Origin: an uncultured Verrucomicrobiae bacterium
GTDB taxonomy: Bacteria > Verrucomicrobiota > Verrucomicrobiia > Limisphaerales > Palsa-1400
Direction of reading: 5' to 3'
Length of the DNA stretch: 64,000 bases
NCBI GenBank assembly: GCA_963764165.1
Contig: CAVXRD010000002.1
Span: forward strand, 1,472,001 to 1,536,000
Each line of letters opens with the position of its first letter. Positions within the stretch are counted from its first letter, which is position 1. The notes below the pieces were generated by a model. The model was not told the DNA's origin. It saw only the letters and a program-made list of their open reading frames with translations, and made no database searches. Position numbers and translations under genes: made by a program. Below are positions 47,648 to 57,702 of this stretch, one piece after another.

Positions 47648-49912
47648 ATGCGTCGGGAAACAGATTTCGTCCTCGAACAAGCCGCCTGGCCAGCGCTGGT
47701 GCTGGAAGGGAACGGCCGCATTTGCCGTGCCAACCAGGCCGCCCGCCGCATTTTCGATTTGCCGGTTTCGCTGCCCGCGATCTCCGTCGCGGCTCTCTGG
47801 GATGACGAAAGCGACACCACTCCGGAACAATTTTTGCACGACGGCATCGCCGGCGGCACAGCCCCGTTGAAATTGCGCATCGCCGGGGGCGCGAAGGCGG
47901 ATTTCGTGGCGCACGGAACCAATGTCGCGCGCGACGGGCATTCCTACGTCGTGCTGCAATTGTTCAAGGAATCCGGCGCGGCTTTTCCCGAATTTATCTC
48001 TGGTGCGCCCGCAAACGCATTAGCCCCGCGCGCATCGCATTCACCCGAGCCTGCCAAGCCAGCCGGCGGCGTGTGGACGGCGGTGTGGCCGGTGCTGCTG
48101 GTGGATTCGCGCTCGGTCATCTGCCGCGCGAACCCCGCCGCCGAGCGATTTTTCGGAGCCAAAAGCGGCGCTCTCTTTGCGGCGCTCTGCGCTCCCGAAG
48201 ACACGGCAAAGTGGTCGACGGTTCTGACGCAAAACCACGGTGAGCTGAAATTGCGGCTGGAAATGGGCGCAACGGCGACGTTTCATTTGCAATGCTGCCC
48301 CGCTGAAGAGCACGGAAAAACATTGGTGCAGTTTTTCGCCGCCGGAATGAATGCTCAAGCCGCCGCGCCAGGAGTCGGAGGCGAGGAGGAATTTCTGCTG
48401 CAAGACGCGGAATGGCCCGCGCTGGTGGTGAAGAAAAATGGCGCGGTCACGCGCAGCAACCGCGCCGCGGTGCGGGCGTTTGGCCCGCTGCTGGAAAAAG
48501 GCGAGCAATCCGCCGCCGCGATTTGGTCCGCGCAGAACAAAGGGACGGCAGCCCATTTCCTTTCAATGCCCGCGCCCGATGCGCCTGTTCGATTGACATT
48601 CAATTTGAAGAGCGGCCTGCCGGGCGTGTTCATGGTGCAGATGTGCGATCTTGGCGGCGATAATCTTTGCCTCCTTCAGCTGCTCAAGGATATCGCGCAT
48701 GATCCGGCGCCTCCCTCCAAACCGGCCGCTGCCGCACCCGTGGCTGCTCCCGCCGCGGGCGCCCCCGCGCAACCGGCTGCCGCCACGGCAGCCGAAAGCC
48801 TGGCGCACAAGCAAAAGCTCGACTGCGCGTTGCAGCTTGCGCGTTCGGTTGCGCTGGACTTTAACAATGCGCTCACCAGCATTCTTGGCCATGCTTCACT
48901 GCTGTTGAGCAAGGCCGAGGCGAATCATCCGTGGCGCAATTCTCTCAGCGAAATTGAGAAATCCGCCTCCAAAGCGGCAGAAGTGGCGAACGACCTGGCC
49001 GCCTTCAGCCGCCAGGAAAAAGAAACGCGCGTTCATCTTGGGGGGAATATGAACACGCTGCTTGAGCGCACGGTCGAGGCCTTTCAAGCGGGATTGCAAA
49101 AGCCCATCAAAATTTCAACCTCGATTGAGCGCAAGCTCTTTGCCGCAAATTTCGACGAGGCGAAAATGCAGCAGGCCATGATCAAGCTTCTCGACAATGC
49201 GGTCGAAGCCATCCCGGCAGGCGGAAAGATCAGTGTCAAGACGAGCAATCTGGAACTCGCGGAGCCAGCACCCGGTTCCGCCTCGAAGCTGCCCGCTGGA
49301 AATTACGTCTGCGTGGAGGTCGCTGATACGGGCGACGGCATCCCGGCGGAGGTGATGCCCAGGATATTCGAGCCGTTTTTCACCACCAAGGGCTCGCGCC
49401 ATCGCGGCCTGGGGCTGGCGTGGGTTTACGGAATTGTGACCAACCATGGCGGCGCGGTGACTGTCAACAGCGAAACCGGCAAAGGCGCCTCCGTCAAAAT
49501 ATTTTTGCCCGCCACCAAGAAGATTGTCCGCTCGACGCCCGCCGCGGCGACGGATTTGAGCGGCGATCAAACCATCCTGTTCGTCGACGACGAGGATTTG
49601 TTGTTGACTATGGGGCAGATGATTTTGTCCTCCTACGGCTACACTGTGCTCACCGCCAACAGCGGCCAAAAAGCCCTGGAAATTCTCGGCGGGTCAAAAA
49701 AGAAAATCGACCTTGTGATAACGGACCTTGTCATGCCCAACATGAGCGGGCGCGAATTGAGCGAGCAAATCCTGGCGCTCGCGCCGGCCACCCGCATTGT
49801 GTGGTCCAGCGGCTATGTGCGCTCGACAGGCGAGGAGCAGGAGCGCTATTTGCAAAAGCCCTTCACGAGCCAGGACCTTCTCCGCAAAGTCAAAGAGGCG
49901 CTGGCTGATTGA
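47648..49912 (+). CDS. Hybrid histidine-kinase-like protein with three PAS-like repeats and no H-box histidine
   Basis: Three WP(A/V)L(V/L)...R.N.AA repeats; [31 protein letters not shown]; intact REC. Confidence 0.88.
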   Translation: MRRETDFVLEQAAWPALVLEGNGRICRANQAARRIFDLPVSLPAISVAALWDDESDTTPEQFLHDGIAGGTAPLKLRIAGGAKADFVAHGTNVARDGHSYVVLQLFKESGAAFPEFISGAPANALAPRASHSPEPAKPAGGVWTAVWPVLLVDSRSVICRANPAAERFFGAKSGALFAALCAPEDTAKWSTVLTQNHGELKLRLEMGATATFHLQCCPAEEHGKTLVQFFAAGMNAQAAAPGVGGEEEFLLQDAEWPALVVKKNGAVTRSNRAAVRAFGPLLEKGEQSAAAIWSAQNKGTAAHFLSMPAPDAPVRLTFNLKSGLPGVFMVQMCDLGGDNLCLLQLLKDIAHDPAPPSKPAAAAPVAAPAAGAPAQPAAATAAESLAHKQKLDCALQLARSVALDFNNALTSILGHASLLLSKAEANHPWRNSLSEIEKSASKAAEVANDLAAFSRQEKETRVHLGGNMNTLLERTVEAFQAGLQKPIKISTSIERKLFAANFDEAKMQQAMIKLLDNAVEAIPAGGKISVKTSNLELAEPAPGSASKLPAGNYVCVEVADTGDGIPAEVMPRIFEPFFTTKGSRHRGLGLAWVYGIVTNHGGAVTVNSETGKGASVKIFLPATKKIVRSTPAAATDLSGDQTILFVDDEDLLLTMGQMILSSYGYTVLTANSGQKALEILGGSKKKIDLVITDLVMPNMSGRELSEQILALAPATRIVWSSGYVRSTGEEQERYLQKPFTSQDLLRKVKEALAD

Positions 49913-49963
49913 GGCGCAAACAAGGGCCAAGGCGGTTCATGGGGCTATTAAGGCGCCGATGCC

Positions 49964-49990
49964 TTAAGCTTTTCCCTGATGAGCCGATAA
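49964..49990 (+). promoter_or_regulatory. Sigma28-type promoter upstream of a PAS hybrid kinase
   Basis: TTAA-N15-GCCGATAA. Confidence 0.65.
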
Positions 49991-50078
49991 GAAATATAGT
50001 GATTTCTGAATTGCATGAGTTCAGGCGTCTTGAGCGGCATGCTACCGGACAGCGGTAGATCCTGAACCAGAACAACAT

Positions 50079-52097
50079 ATGAACGAGTTTGCGGCAGCCC
50101 CAAGGCAGCCGCCTGCCCAGTGGCTGGCGGAGAAGCCGGTAGTTTTGCCTGCGCCCCACATTGCGGGGAAGCCGCCGGTGCCCACCGACGAAACGCTTCT
50201 GCGCCAATTTGTCCGCCACACCCCCGCCGCCGTGGCAATGTTTGATGCCGATATGTGCTGCCTGCTGGCGAGCGATCGGTGGCTGGCGGATTACGGCCTG
50301 CAAGGCCGCTCCGTTGTGGGAATGCCTTGCCATGAGATGTTCCCCGATTTGCCTGACTGCTGGAAAGAGGTCTATCGCAACGTCCTGGCTGGCAGCCGGG
50401 AACAGTGCGAACGCGACCCCATCCCGCTGGACGACGGTTCGGTCGAATGGCTTCAATGGGAAGCGCAGCCGTGGCATCGGGCGGATGGCTCGGTCGGCGG
50501 GATGATTCTTTTTACGCAGTTCATTACCGAGCGCATCCACATTGAGGAGGCGCTGCGGCTGAGCCAGGATAAATTCCGCTCGGCCATGCAGCATTCTCCC
50601 ATCGGAATGGCCGTGGTGGGCCCGGATGGGCGCTGGCTCGAAGTCAATCACGCTATCTGCAAAATTCTTGGCTACAGCCGTGGCGAGCTTCTGGCCACGG
50701 ATTTTCAATCGATCACGCACCCTGAAGATCGCGGCCCTGATTTGGAAAACGTCCAGCGAATGCTTAACCGGGAGATCGAGAGCTACCAGATGGAGAAGCG
50801 TTATATCCATCGCTCCGGCCACAGCGTGTGGGTGCAGCTCAACGTTTCTCTGGCGTGGAATCCTGAGGGCACGCCGCGCCATTTCGTAGCGCAAATTCAG
50901 GACATCACAGAACGCCGCCGCGCTGAGGAGGAACGCCTCAAGCTTTCGGAGCAATTGCGCGAGGCGCAAAAAATGGAGGCGCTTGGCACATTGGCGGGCG
51001 GCACCGCCCACGAATTCAATAACATCCTTGGCATCATCATCGGCTATTGCGATCTGGCCAGGCTGGAACTGCCCAGCCCGCATTCCATTGACCGCCATCT
51101 GGAGGAAATTCTCAAAGCCGGCCAGAGGGCCAAGGAAATTGTGCAGCAAATTCTGACCTTCACGCGCCAGCAACGAGATCAGCGCGAATTGATCCCGTTG
51201 CACATCGTAGTGGCGGAGGCGCTGGATGTCATCCGCACGACTTTGCCCGGCAACGTCCAGCTTCTCAGCGATTTGAAGCCCGGAGCCTACTCGGTGCTCG
51301 GCAATCCGACGCAAATTCACCAAGTCATTGTCAATCTTTGCAACAACGCGTGGCAGGCGATGCTCAGCAAGGGCGGCACGATAAAAATCGCGCAGCAACC
51401 GATGATTCTGGATCAAACCGCGCCCGCGCTGCATCCGTCGTTGCGGCCCGGCCCCTACATGCAGCTCACCGTCACGGATAATGGATGCGGCATGGATGCG
51501 GCGACAACGGCGCGCGTTTTTGAGCCGTTCTTCACCACGAAAAGGCCCGGCAAAGGAACCGGGCTCGGCCTGGCCGTCGTTCACGGCATCATGCAAGCGC
51601 ATGACGGCGCGGTCATCGTGCAAAGCGAGCCGGGGATTGGCACGACGTTCTATCTCTATTTTCCCGCCGAGCTGGCCATCCCCCACAAATCCGAAGCAAT
51701 TGCCCTCGATTCAATCCCACCCGGCAACGGCCAGCACATTCTCTTGGTGGATGACGAAGCGGCATTGGCGCAGGCCGCAACGCTCTTTTTGGCCCGTTTC
51801 GGCTACCGGGTCACCAGCGTGAACTCCGCGGATGCCGCGCTGGAAACGTTCCGCCGCCAGCCCGGCCTCATTGACCTCGTTATCACAGATTTGACGATGC
51901 CGGGAATGAACGGAATCGAATTGGCCAACTCCCTCAATGAAATCCGACCAGAACTGCCCATTATTCTTGCCTCCGGCTTCGGCGGCATGAGAACCGCCAA
52001 TTTCGCCAACGGCCCCGGTCGCCGCGCCGTTCTGCACAAGCCATTCACTGCCGAATCCCTCGCTCGCACCGCCCATCAATTGCTTGCGATGCATTGA
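50079..52097 (+). CDS. PAS-PAS hybrid histidine kinase
   Basis: Two PAS/PAC domains (ITHPED, QDITER), [23 protein letters not shown]. Confidence 0.93.
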   Translation: MNEFAAAPRQPPAQWLAEKPVVLPAPHIAGKPPVPTDETLLRQFVRHTPAAVAMFDADMCCLLASDRWLADYGLQGRSVVGMPCHEMFPDLPDCWKEVYRNVLAGSREQCERDPIPLDDGSVEWLQWEAQPWHRADGSVGGMILFTQFITERIHIEEALRLSQDKFRSAMQHSPIGMAVVGPDGRWLEVNHAICKILGYSRGELLATDFQSITHPEDRGPDLENVQRMLNREIESYQMEKRYIHRSGHSVWVQLNVSLAWNPEGTPRHFVAQIQDITERRRAEEERLKLSEQLREAQKMEALGTLAGGTAHEFNNILGIIIGYCDLARLELPSPHSIDRHLEEILKAGQRAKEIVQQILTFTRQQRDQRELIPLHIVVAEALDVIRTTLPGNVQLLSDLKPGAYSVLGNPTQIHQVIVNLCNNAWQAMLSKGGTIKIAQQPMILDQTAPALHPSLRPGPYMQLTVTDNGCGMDAATTARVFEPFFTTKRPGKGTGLGLAVVHGIMQAHDGAVIVQSEPGIGTTFYLYFPAELAIPHKSEAIALDSIPPGNGQHILLVDDEAALAQAATLFLARFGYRVTSVNSADAALETFRRQPGLIDLVITDLTMPGMNGIELANSLNEIRPELPIILASGFGGMRTANFANGPGRRAVLHKPFTAESLARTAHQLLAMH

Positions 52098-52252
52098 TCC
52101 GCCGGAGGGTTGGATCGGCTTAGGCGGACATTGCTCCGAAGAAATGCAGCCAGAACTCATCCGAACGGGCTTGCGGCCTAAAACGAAAGCCGCAGTCAAT
52201 ACTCCGATTTGAGCGCGGCAGGATCCCCTTGCAGGGCATCGCGCGCGTGGCG

Positions 52253-52495
52253 CTATGGCCGCTTGTATAACAGCAAGCTGGTTGCCCGGCGGGCGAGCGA
52301 TTTGCCCCGGGAGCCGAAGCCTGAGGCACTCGGAAAATAAAATTGGCGACGGAGATTTCGACGCACCAAAACATCTGTCAAGAGAAATATAACAGCCAAC
52401 GCGGCAATCCCTGCCCCGACCCAAAATATATCCGTGTGGCCGAGTTCCGTGAGGAGACCGCTTTCCAGGGACACTGAACTGTCTAATGAATTCAT
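52253..52495 (-). CDS. Possible small single-TM protein
   Basis: Hydrophobic IFWVGAGIAALAVIFLL followed by basic residues; no family recognised. Confidence 0.3.
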   Translation of the reverse strand: MNSLDSSVSLESGLLTELGHTDIFWVGAGIAALAVIFLLTDVLVRRNLRRQFYFPSASGFGSRGKSLARRATSLLLYKRP

Positions 52496-52747
52496 GAATC
52501 AACGACTTTCAAATCAGTATTGTCATCAGCTCAATTCAGTTTTCATCTGCTGGTTCGAGCACAATAGGCGCCCCACCCGAGGCACCCACGAAAACCAATT
52601 GAACTGCGCCGTAACGTTAGCAATGGAGATGCGGAACGTCTGCAAGGCGGGCCATGGTATTGGCTGTAATGGGTGGCCTCGCAACGGGCCGCTGCCGGTC
52701 ATCTTCCACCTTGCTTCGAGCGTGGGGAGTTCCCGGTCTCTGTGAGT

Positions 52748-53380
52748 CTAACTCGGCTGTCCAAGAATTGTGTGTCTGCCGCGAACGCGAACTTCGCCGC
52801 GAGCCAGCGCTGCGATCGCAGATGGATAAAGCTTTCGCTCCTTCTCTTGAATGCGGGCGTGCAGCGATTCAGGAGTGTCACCCGCCAGCACCGGCACCGT
52901 TTCCTGCGCGATGATCGGGCCAGTGTCGATTCCTTGATCGACAAAATGAACGGTGACGCCGGTCATTTTGACGCCGTAATCAAGAGCTTGCTTCCACGCT
53001 TCCAATCCGGGAAAAGCAGGAAGCAACGCCGGATGAATATTCACCACTTTCTGCGCAAATTCGCGGAGCAGTTCGCCCTTGAGAATCCGCATGAAACCGG
53101 CCAGCACCACCAAGTCCACTTCCGCTTCGCGCAAGGCGGCCAGGAATTCAGCCTCGGCGTTTTCATCCAGTTTGGTGCGAAATTTTCCGGGCGCGATGAA
53201 GCGGGCGGGCAAGCCCCGCTCGCGGGCGCGCTCTAAAATGCCGGCGTTTTCGACATCGCTGATCACGATGGCGATGGCCGCCGGGATGGCTCCGTTCGCG
53301 CACGCGTCGGCGATGGCCACAGCGTTGGATCCTTTGCCGGAGCCAAGGATGCCGAGACGAAATGGGCGCGGCCCGCTCAT
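52748..53380 (-). CDS. purN: Phosphoribosylglycinamide formyltransferase
   Basis: [44 protein letters not shown]. Confidence 0.95.
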   Translation of the reverse strand: MSGPRPFRLGILGSGKGSNAVAIADACANGAIPAAIAIVISDVENAGILERARERGLPARFIAPGKFRTKLDENAEAEFLAALREAEVDLVVLAGFMRILKGELLREFAQKVVNIHPALLPAFPGLEAWKQALDYGVKMTGVTVHFVDQGIDTGPIIAQETVPVLAGDTPESLHARIQEKERKLYPSAIAALARGEVRVRGRHTILGQPS

Positions 53381-53388
53381 GGCGCGAG

Positions 53389-54495
53389 TTACAGCGCCGC
53401 CGCGACGAGATCGCCCACCTGCGAGGTGGTGAAACCCATTTTGCCCGCGGCGAGACTCTTGATTTTCTCGCGTGTCACATTTACAACGGCGGTTTCGATG
53501 GCTTGCGCGGCTTCGTGTTCGCCGAGGAAATCGAGCATCATCTGCCCGGCGCAAATGGCGGCCAGCGGGTTGATCACGCCGAGACCCGTGTATTTCGGCG
53601 CGCTTCCGCCGATGGGCTCGAACATGCTCGCGCCTTGCGGATTGATGTTGCCGCCCGCCGCGATGCCCATGCCACCCTGCACCATCGCGCCCAGATCCGT
53701 GATGATGTCGCCGAACATATTGTCGGTCACAATGACGTCGAACCATTCCGGATTCTTGACAAACCACATCGTGGTGGCATCGACGTGCGCGTAATCGCGC
53801 TTCACGCTGGCGAAATCCTTTTTGCCAATTTCGTGAAAGGCGCGCTCCCACAAATCGAACGCGAACGTGAGCACATTGGTCTTGCCGCACAAAGTGAGCT
53901 GGGACGCCACACCCTTCGCCGTGTCTTCGGGTTTCAATCCGCGCCACGGTTTGCCGCCGCGGCGTTTCTGGGCGAGTTCGAAGGCGAATTTCAGACAGCG
54001 CTCCACACCACGGCGCGTGTTGACACTTTCCTGAATCGCGATTTCGTTCGGCGTGCCCTTGAAGACAAAGCCGCCCGAGCCAGTGTAAAGCCCCTCGTTG
54101 TTTTCGCGGACGACGACAAAATCGATGTCCTCCGGCTTCTTGTCTTTCAGCGGGCAGAAACGCTCGTCGTAAAGTTTGACGGGGCGGAGATTAATGTACT
54201 GCTCCAGCTCGAAACGGAGGCGGAGCAAAATGCCTTTTTCCAGAATGCCGGGCTTTACATCCGGGTGCCCGATGGCGCCAAGCAGAATGGCGGGGAATTT
54301 GCGCAACTCCTCCACCGTGCTGTCCGGCAGCGCCTCCTTGGTGCGAAGATACCGGGCGCCGCCGAGATCATAATAGGTGTAATCGAGTTTAAGGCCGAAT
54401 TTTTTGCTCGCGGCGTCGAGCACCTTGATGGCTTCCGCGACGACTTCCGGCCCGGTGCCGTCGCCGCCAATGACTGCGATAGGATAAGATTTCAT
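53389..54495 (-). CDS. leuB: 3-isopropylmalate dehydrogenase (isocitrate/isopropylmalate family)
   Basis: [37 protein letters not shown]. Confidence 0.85.
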   Translation of the reverse strand: MKSYPIAVIGGDGTGPEVVAEAIKVLDAASKKFGLKLDYTYYDLGGARYLRTKEALPDSTVEELRKFPAILLGAIGHPDVKPGILEKGILLRLRFELEQYINLRPVKLYDERFCPLKDKKPEDIDFVVVRENNEGLYTGSGGFVFKGTPNEIAIQESVNTRRGVERCLKFAFELAQKRRGGKPWRGLKPEDTAKGVASQLTLCGKTNVLTFAFDLWERAFHEIGKKDFASVKRDYAHVDATTMWFVKNPEWFDVIVTDNMFGDIITDLGAMVQGGMGIAAGGNINPQGASMFEPIGGSAPKYTGLGVINPLAAICAGQMMLDFLGEHEAAQAIETAVVNVTREKIKSLAAGKMGFTTSQVGDLVAAAL

Positions 54496-54666
54496 TTCGT
54501 ATCTGAAATTGTTTTACACCCCGCCGTTTTTGGAAAGCACGAAATGGAGTGAGGACGCCTCACAAGACTTTTTACGACAAGGCCGCGAAGGACATGAAGA
54601 GGATAAGACGACGACGCCAGCCATCTCTGAATGTGGATATTCATCGCCACGCGCCGCTCTTCCGCT

Positions 54667-54695
54667 TTGACATCTCGGAAGAAAACGGACAGTTT
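54667..54695 (+). promoter_or_regulatory. Sigma70-type promoter of the TPR gene
   Basis: TTGACA-N17-CAGTTT, 9 nt before ATG 54705. Confidence 0.5.
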
Positions 54696-54704
54696 CACAA
54701 CTCA

Positions 54705-55652
54705 ATGCGTATGATCCTGAAAGCGTCCCTTCGAATCTCGCTCCTGATTTTCGTTCTTTTTCAGAATCATTGTCTTCAAGCCCAGGACAAGGAAGCAGTG
54801 GCGGCCTGGAAAAAGAACAACAAAAACGCCGAAGCCGCGCTGGCGAAAGAGGATTTTACCAAGGCCAAGGAATGCTACGAAGCCGCATTGACCCAAGCCG
54901 AGAAATTTCCAACCAACGACGCCCGCCTGAGCGAAACCCTGACAAAACTTGCCTCGGTGCGCATGAACATCGATGAAGTGACCGGGGCGGAACTTGATAT
55001 TCGCCGCGCTTTGGCCATCGACGAGTCCCGATTTGGGTCCAATGATCTGCACCTCGCGCCGGAGCTGCTCTGCATTGGACAGTGTTGCGCTTTCGCTCGC
55101 CGGTGCGACGAAGCCGACGATTATTTCAAAAGGGCGCAGGCCATCCTTGAGAAAGCCTTTGGAAAATATGACCGCACCGTTGGCCTCTGCATTTGGGGCC
55201 GCGCAAACGATGCCTTGGTCGATGAACGCTATTCCGAATCTGAAACACTCTTCAAACAAGCGATTGAGCTTATAGAATCGTCGCGCGTCCGTGCCAAGTT
55301 CGATATTAACAGATACCCATCGATGGCCACGATGGCGCCAAACCGAACTCAAGTTGCGAGAATTCATGGCGATCAGGGGCTGCTGTTCGTAAGGGAGAAA
55401 AAATATGCCGAGGCCGAAAGCAACTTCAAACACTCCATCGAATTGCTGGAGCATGATTATGGAAAGCACAGTCGGATGTTATGCACAGACCTTGTTAACC
55501 TGGCCCAATCTTGCCTCGAAGCGGGAAAGTTGAAGGAAGCCAACGAGGCCGACAACCGCGCCCTAGCCCTCCTCCGTGGCGTGGATCCAGAGTCGCCCGT
55601 ATACCAGAGAGCGTTTGCCATCTCGGAGCAGATCAAAAAGCAAAAACCCTGA
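54705..55652 (+). CDS. Secreted tetratricopeptide-repeat protein
   Basis: Signal peptide; repeats such as RRALAIDESRFG, KRAQAILEKAFG, KHSIELLEHDYG. Confidence 0.85.
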   Translation: MRMILKASLRISLLIFVLFQNHCLQAQDKEAVAAWKKNNKNAEAALAKEDFTKAKECYEAALTQAEKFPTNDARLSETLTKLASVRMNIDEVTGAELDIRRALAIDESRFGSNDLHLAPELLCIGQCCAFARRCDEADDYFKRAQAILEKAFGKYDRTVGLCIWGRANDALVDERYSESETLFKQAIELIESSRVRAKFDINRYPSMATMAPNRTQVARIHGDQGLLFVREKKYAEAESNFKHSIELLEHDYGKHSRMLCTDLVNLAQSCLEAGKLKEANEADNRALALLRGVDPESPVYQRAFAISEQIKKQKP

Positions 55653-55904
55653 CTAAACGGACAATTTTTCCGCCAGATGCGCTCCCCCTTGGTATCGTTA
55701 AAAGAAGGAAATTGAAGGAATCCAAAAAGGCCAACAACCGCGCTCTTGACTCTGCTTCCGCATGTGAGTCGCGCATTGCCGGTAGACCAGAGTGATGTCA
55801 CCATTCGACAGGCCCAAGCCGCATTTGAAAAGACTTAAAAGTAGCCAACCTGCGGTGTCAAAGATCGTGCGCATTGGCTACGATGACGACACGGCTTGTC
55901 AGTA

Positions 55905-56122
55905 AATCCCGAAGGAATTTTATCATTCAGCCCAGCGTTGGCCCGATTCCGAGAGGGCCTACGCTGGGTCATTGCGTTCAGAGGCTGTCAACCATTAAAT
56001 TGTTGAATACCAGATGCTTATGGAAACGATACAGCCCTTTCAGGGTTGAAAAGACTTGGTCCTTTTACCCAAGTAGCTCGTTCCTCGCAACCTTGGGCTG
56101 AATGCTTCCAATCCCGATGGAA
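55905..56122. repeat. Degenerate compound palindromic element
   Basis: CATTCAGCCCA / TGGGCTGAATG inverted pair, hairpin CCCAGCGT..ACGCTGGG and AGCCCTTTCAGGGTT. Confidence 0.55.
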
Positions 56123-56194
56123 CTCCTATAAGTCCCATGGGACAGCCCACCGTTTTGCCTTCCCACTGCGGCCGATTTCTGCTACGTACCCGCC

Positions 56195-57010
56195 GTGTAC
56201 TTGGATTACTATGGGCTGAGGGAACCGCCTTTTAATATTACACCAAATCCGCGGTTCCTGTTTTTCAGCGCCAAGCATCGCGAAGCCTTTAATCATCTTC
56301 TTTATGGCGTTCGCGAGCGCAAGGGCTTTGTCCAATTGACCGGCGAAGTCGGCTGCGGCAAAACCACCCTCTGCCGCGCCCTGCTGGAAGAACTCGGCCC
56401 AACGTTTTCCACCGCGCTCATCCTCAATCCCGTCCTCGACGCCGACCAGCTCATGAAAGCCATCGCGATGGAGCTGAATCTGCCGGTCAAAGGCCTTGAC
56501 CGCCTCGAGACCGTGGCGGAGATCAATCGCTTTCTGCTGCAGCAGGTGGAGCACGGCAAGGACACCGTTCTAATTATTGACGAAGCGCAGGACCTGACCG
56601 GCGAATTGCTGGAACAAGTGCGGCTGCTCTCCAATTTGGAGACCGACGAGCGCAAGCTTTTGCAGATCATCCTGATGGGCCAGCCCGAATTGCGCGTGAG
56701 GCTGAACGATCATGGCTTGCGCCAATTGCGCCAGCGCATCACCATCCGCTATCATTTGAATCCGCTCAAGCGCAACGAAATCGGGCAGTACGTGCAGCAT
56801 CGGCTCCAGGTTTCCGGCGCCAACGGCTCGCCGTATTTCACGGAGCCGGCTTTGTGGCGCATCTATAATTACAGCAAGGGAATTCCCCGCCTGATAAACG
56901 CAATTTGTGACAAGTGCCTGCTGGCAGGCTATGTTGAGCAATCTGAGAAAATTGATTTTCGCATTGTGGGCCGCGCCCGGCGGGAATTGGAAGGTCAAGT
57001 AGATTTATGA
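56195..57010 (+). CDS. ExeA/GspA-like AAA ATPase
   Basis: PFNITPNP, GEVGCGKT, IIDEAQ, LMGQPEL, QLRQRI, GIPRLIN. Confidence 0.92.
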   Translation: MYLDYYGLREPPFNITPNPRFLFFSAKHREAFNHLLYGVRERKGFVQLTGEVGCGKTTLCRALLEELGPTFSTALILNPVLDADQLMKAIAMELNLPVKGLDRLETVAEINRFLLQQVEHGKDTVLIIDEAQDLTGELLEQVRLLSNLETDERKLLQIILMGQPELRVRLNDHGLRQLRQRITIRYHLNPLKRNEIGQYVQHRLQVSGANGSPYFTEPALWRIYNYSKGIPRLINAICDKCLLAGYVEQSEKIDFRIVGRARRELEGQVDL

Positions 57011-57591
57011 GTTTGATTAATGATGCGCTGAAACGCGCCAGCCGGTCGGACAAGGCGCAAGCCCCGCGCGTCGACAGCGGCACTTATGGCTCAATGTTTC
57101 CGGTGCAGGAAAAGCGGAAGCCAAAATTTCCATGGGCCGTCGTCGTGGTCGTCGTGCTGGCGCTCGGTTTATCCGCGGTGTTTTTTGCCAAGTGGTGGGG
57201 CGCCTCGCATCAAGTGGCGAAGCAGTCCGGCCCGCCAGCCAAACTGAAACCGGCTCCCGCAGTGGCGCCGCAAGTGGTTCAGGAGACTGCGCCCAAACCA
57301 CCCCCGGTGGAATCCAAGCCGATTGAAACCGCCGTTGCGCCAGCGCCGATCGTTGCCACGAATCCCGCGCCGGCGCCAGAACCCGAACCGCCGGTTGTGC
57401 CTCCCACCGCATGGCCCGCCGATTTGAAGTTGATGGGAATTTTCTACAGCAAGACGGCCCCGCACGCCTTGGTCAGCGGCAAGACAGTCGCCGTGGGCGA
57501 TGAAATTAACGGAATCCACATTGTCAAAATCGAGCCCAACGCCGTGACAATTGAGTGGAAGGGGCAAACGAAAACACTCTACACTGACTGA
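57007..57591 (+). CDS. ExeB/GspB-like protein
   Basis: MSLINDALKRA start, TM helix, Pro-rich linker, LMGIFYS...ALVSG C-domain; ATGA-coupled to the ATPase. Confidence 0.75.
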   Translation: MSLINDALKRASRSDKAQAPRVDSGTYGSMFPVQEKRKPKFPWAVVVVVVLALGLSAVFFAKWWGASHQVAKQSGPPAKLKPAPAVAPQVVQETAPKPPPVESKPIETAVAPAPIVATNPAPAPEPEPPVVPPTAWPADLKLMGIFYSKTAPHALVSGKTVAVGDEINGIHIVKIEPNAVTIEWKGQTKTLYTD

Positions 57592-57613
57592 CGAAACTTG
57601 AGCCGACACGCAC

Positions 57614-57677
57614 GGTAGCGCGAGGCTCCCGCCGAGCCAACTTCGCGCGGACGGCTCGGCGGGAGCCTCGCCCTGCC
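57614..57677. repeat. REPIN, family B
   Basis: GGTAGCGCGAGGCTCCCGCCGAGCC ... GGCTCGGCGGGAGCCTCGCCCTGCC. Confidence 0.8.
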
Positions 57678-57702
57678 ACGATTCGGAAATGTAATCGAGA
57701 TT

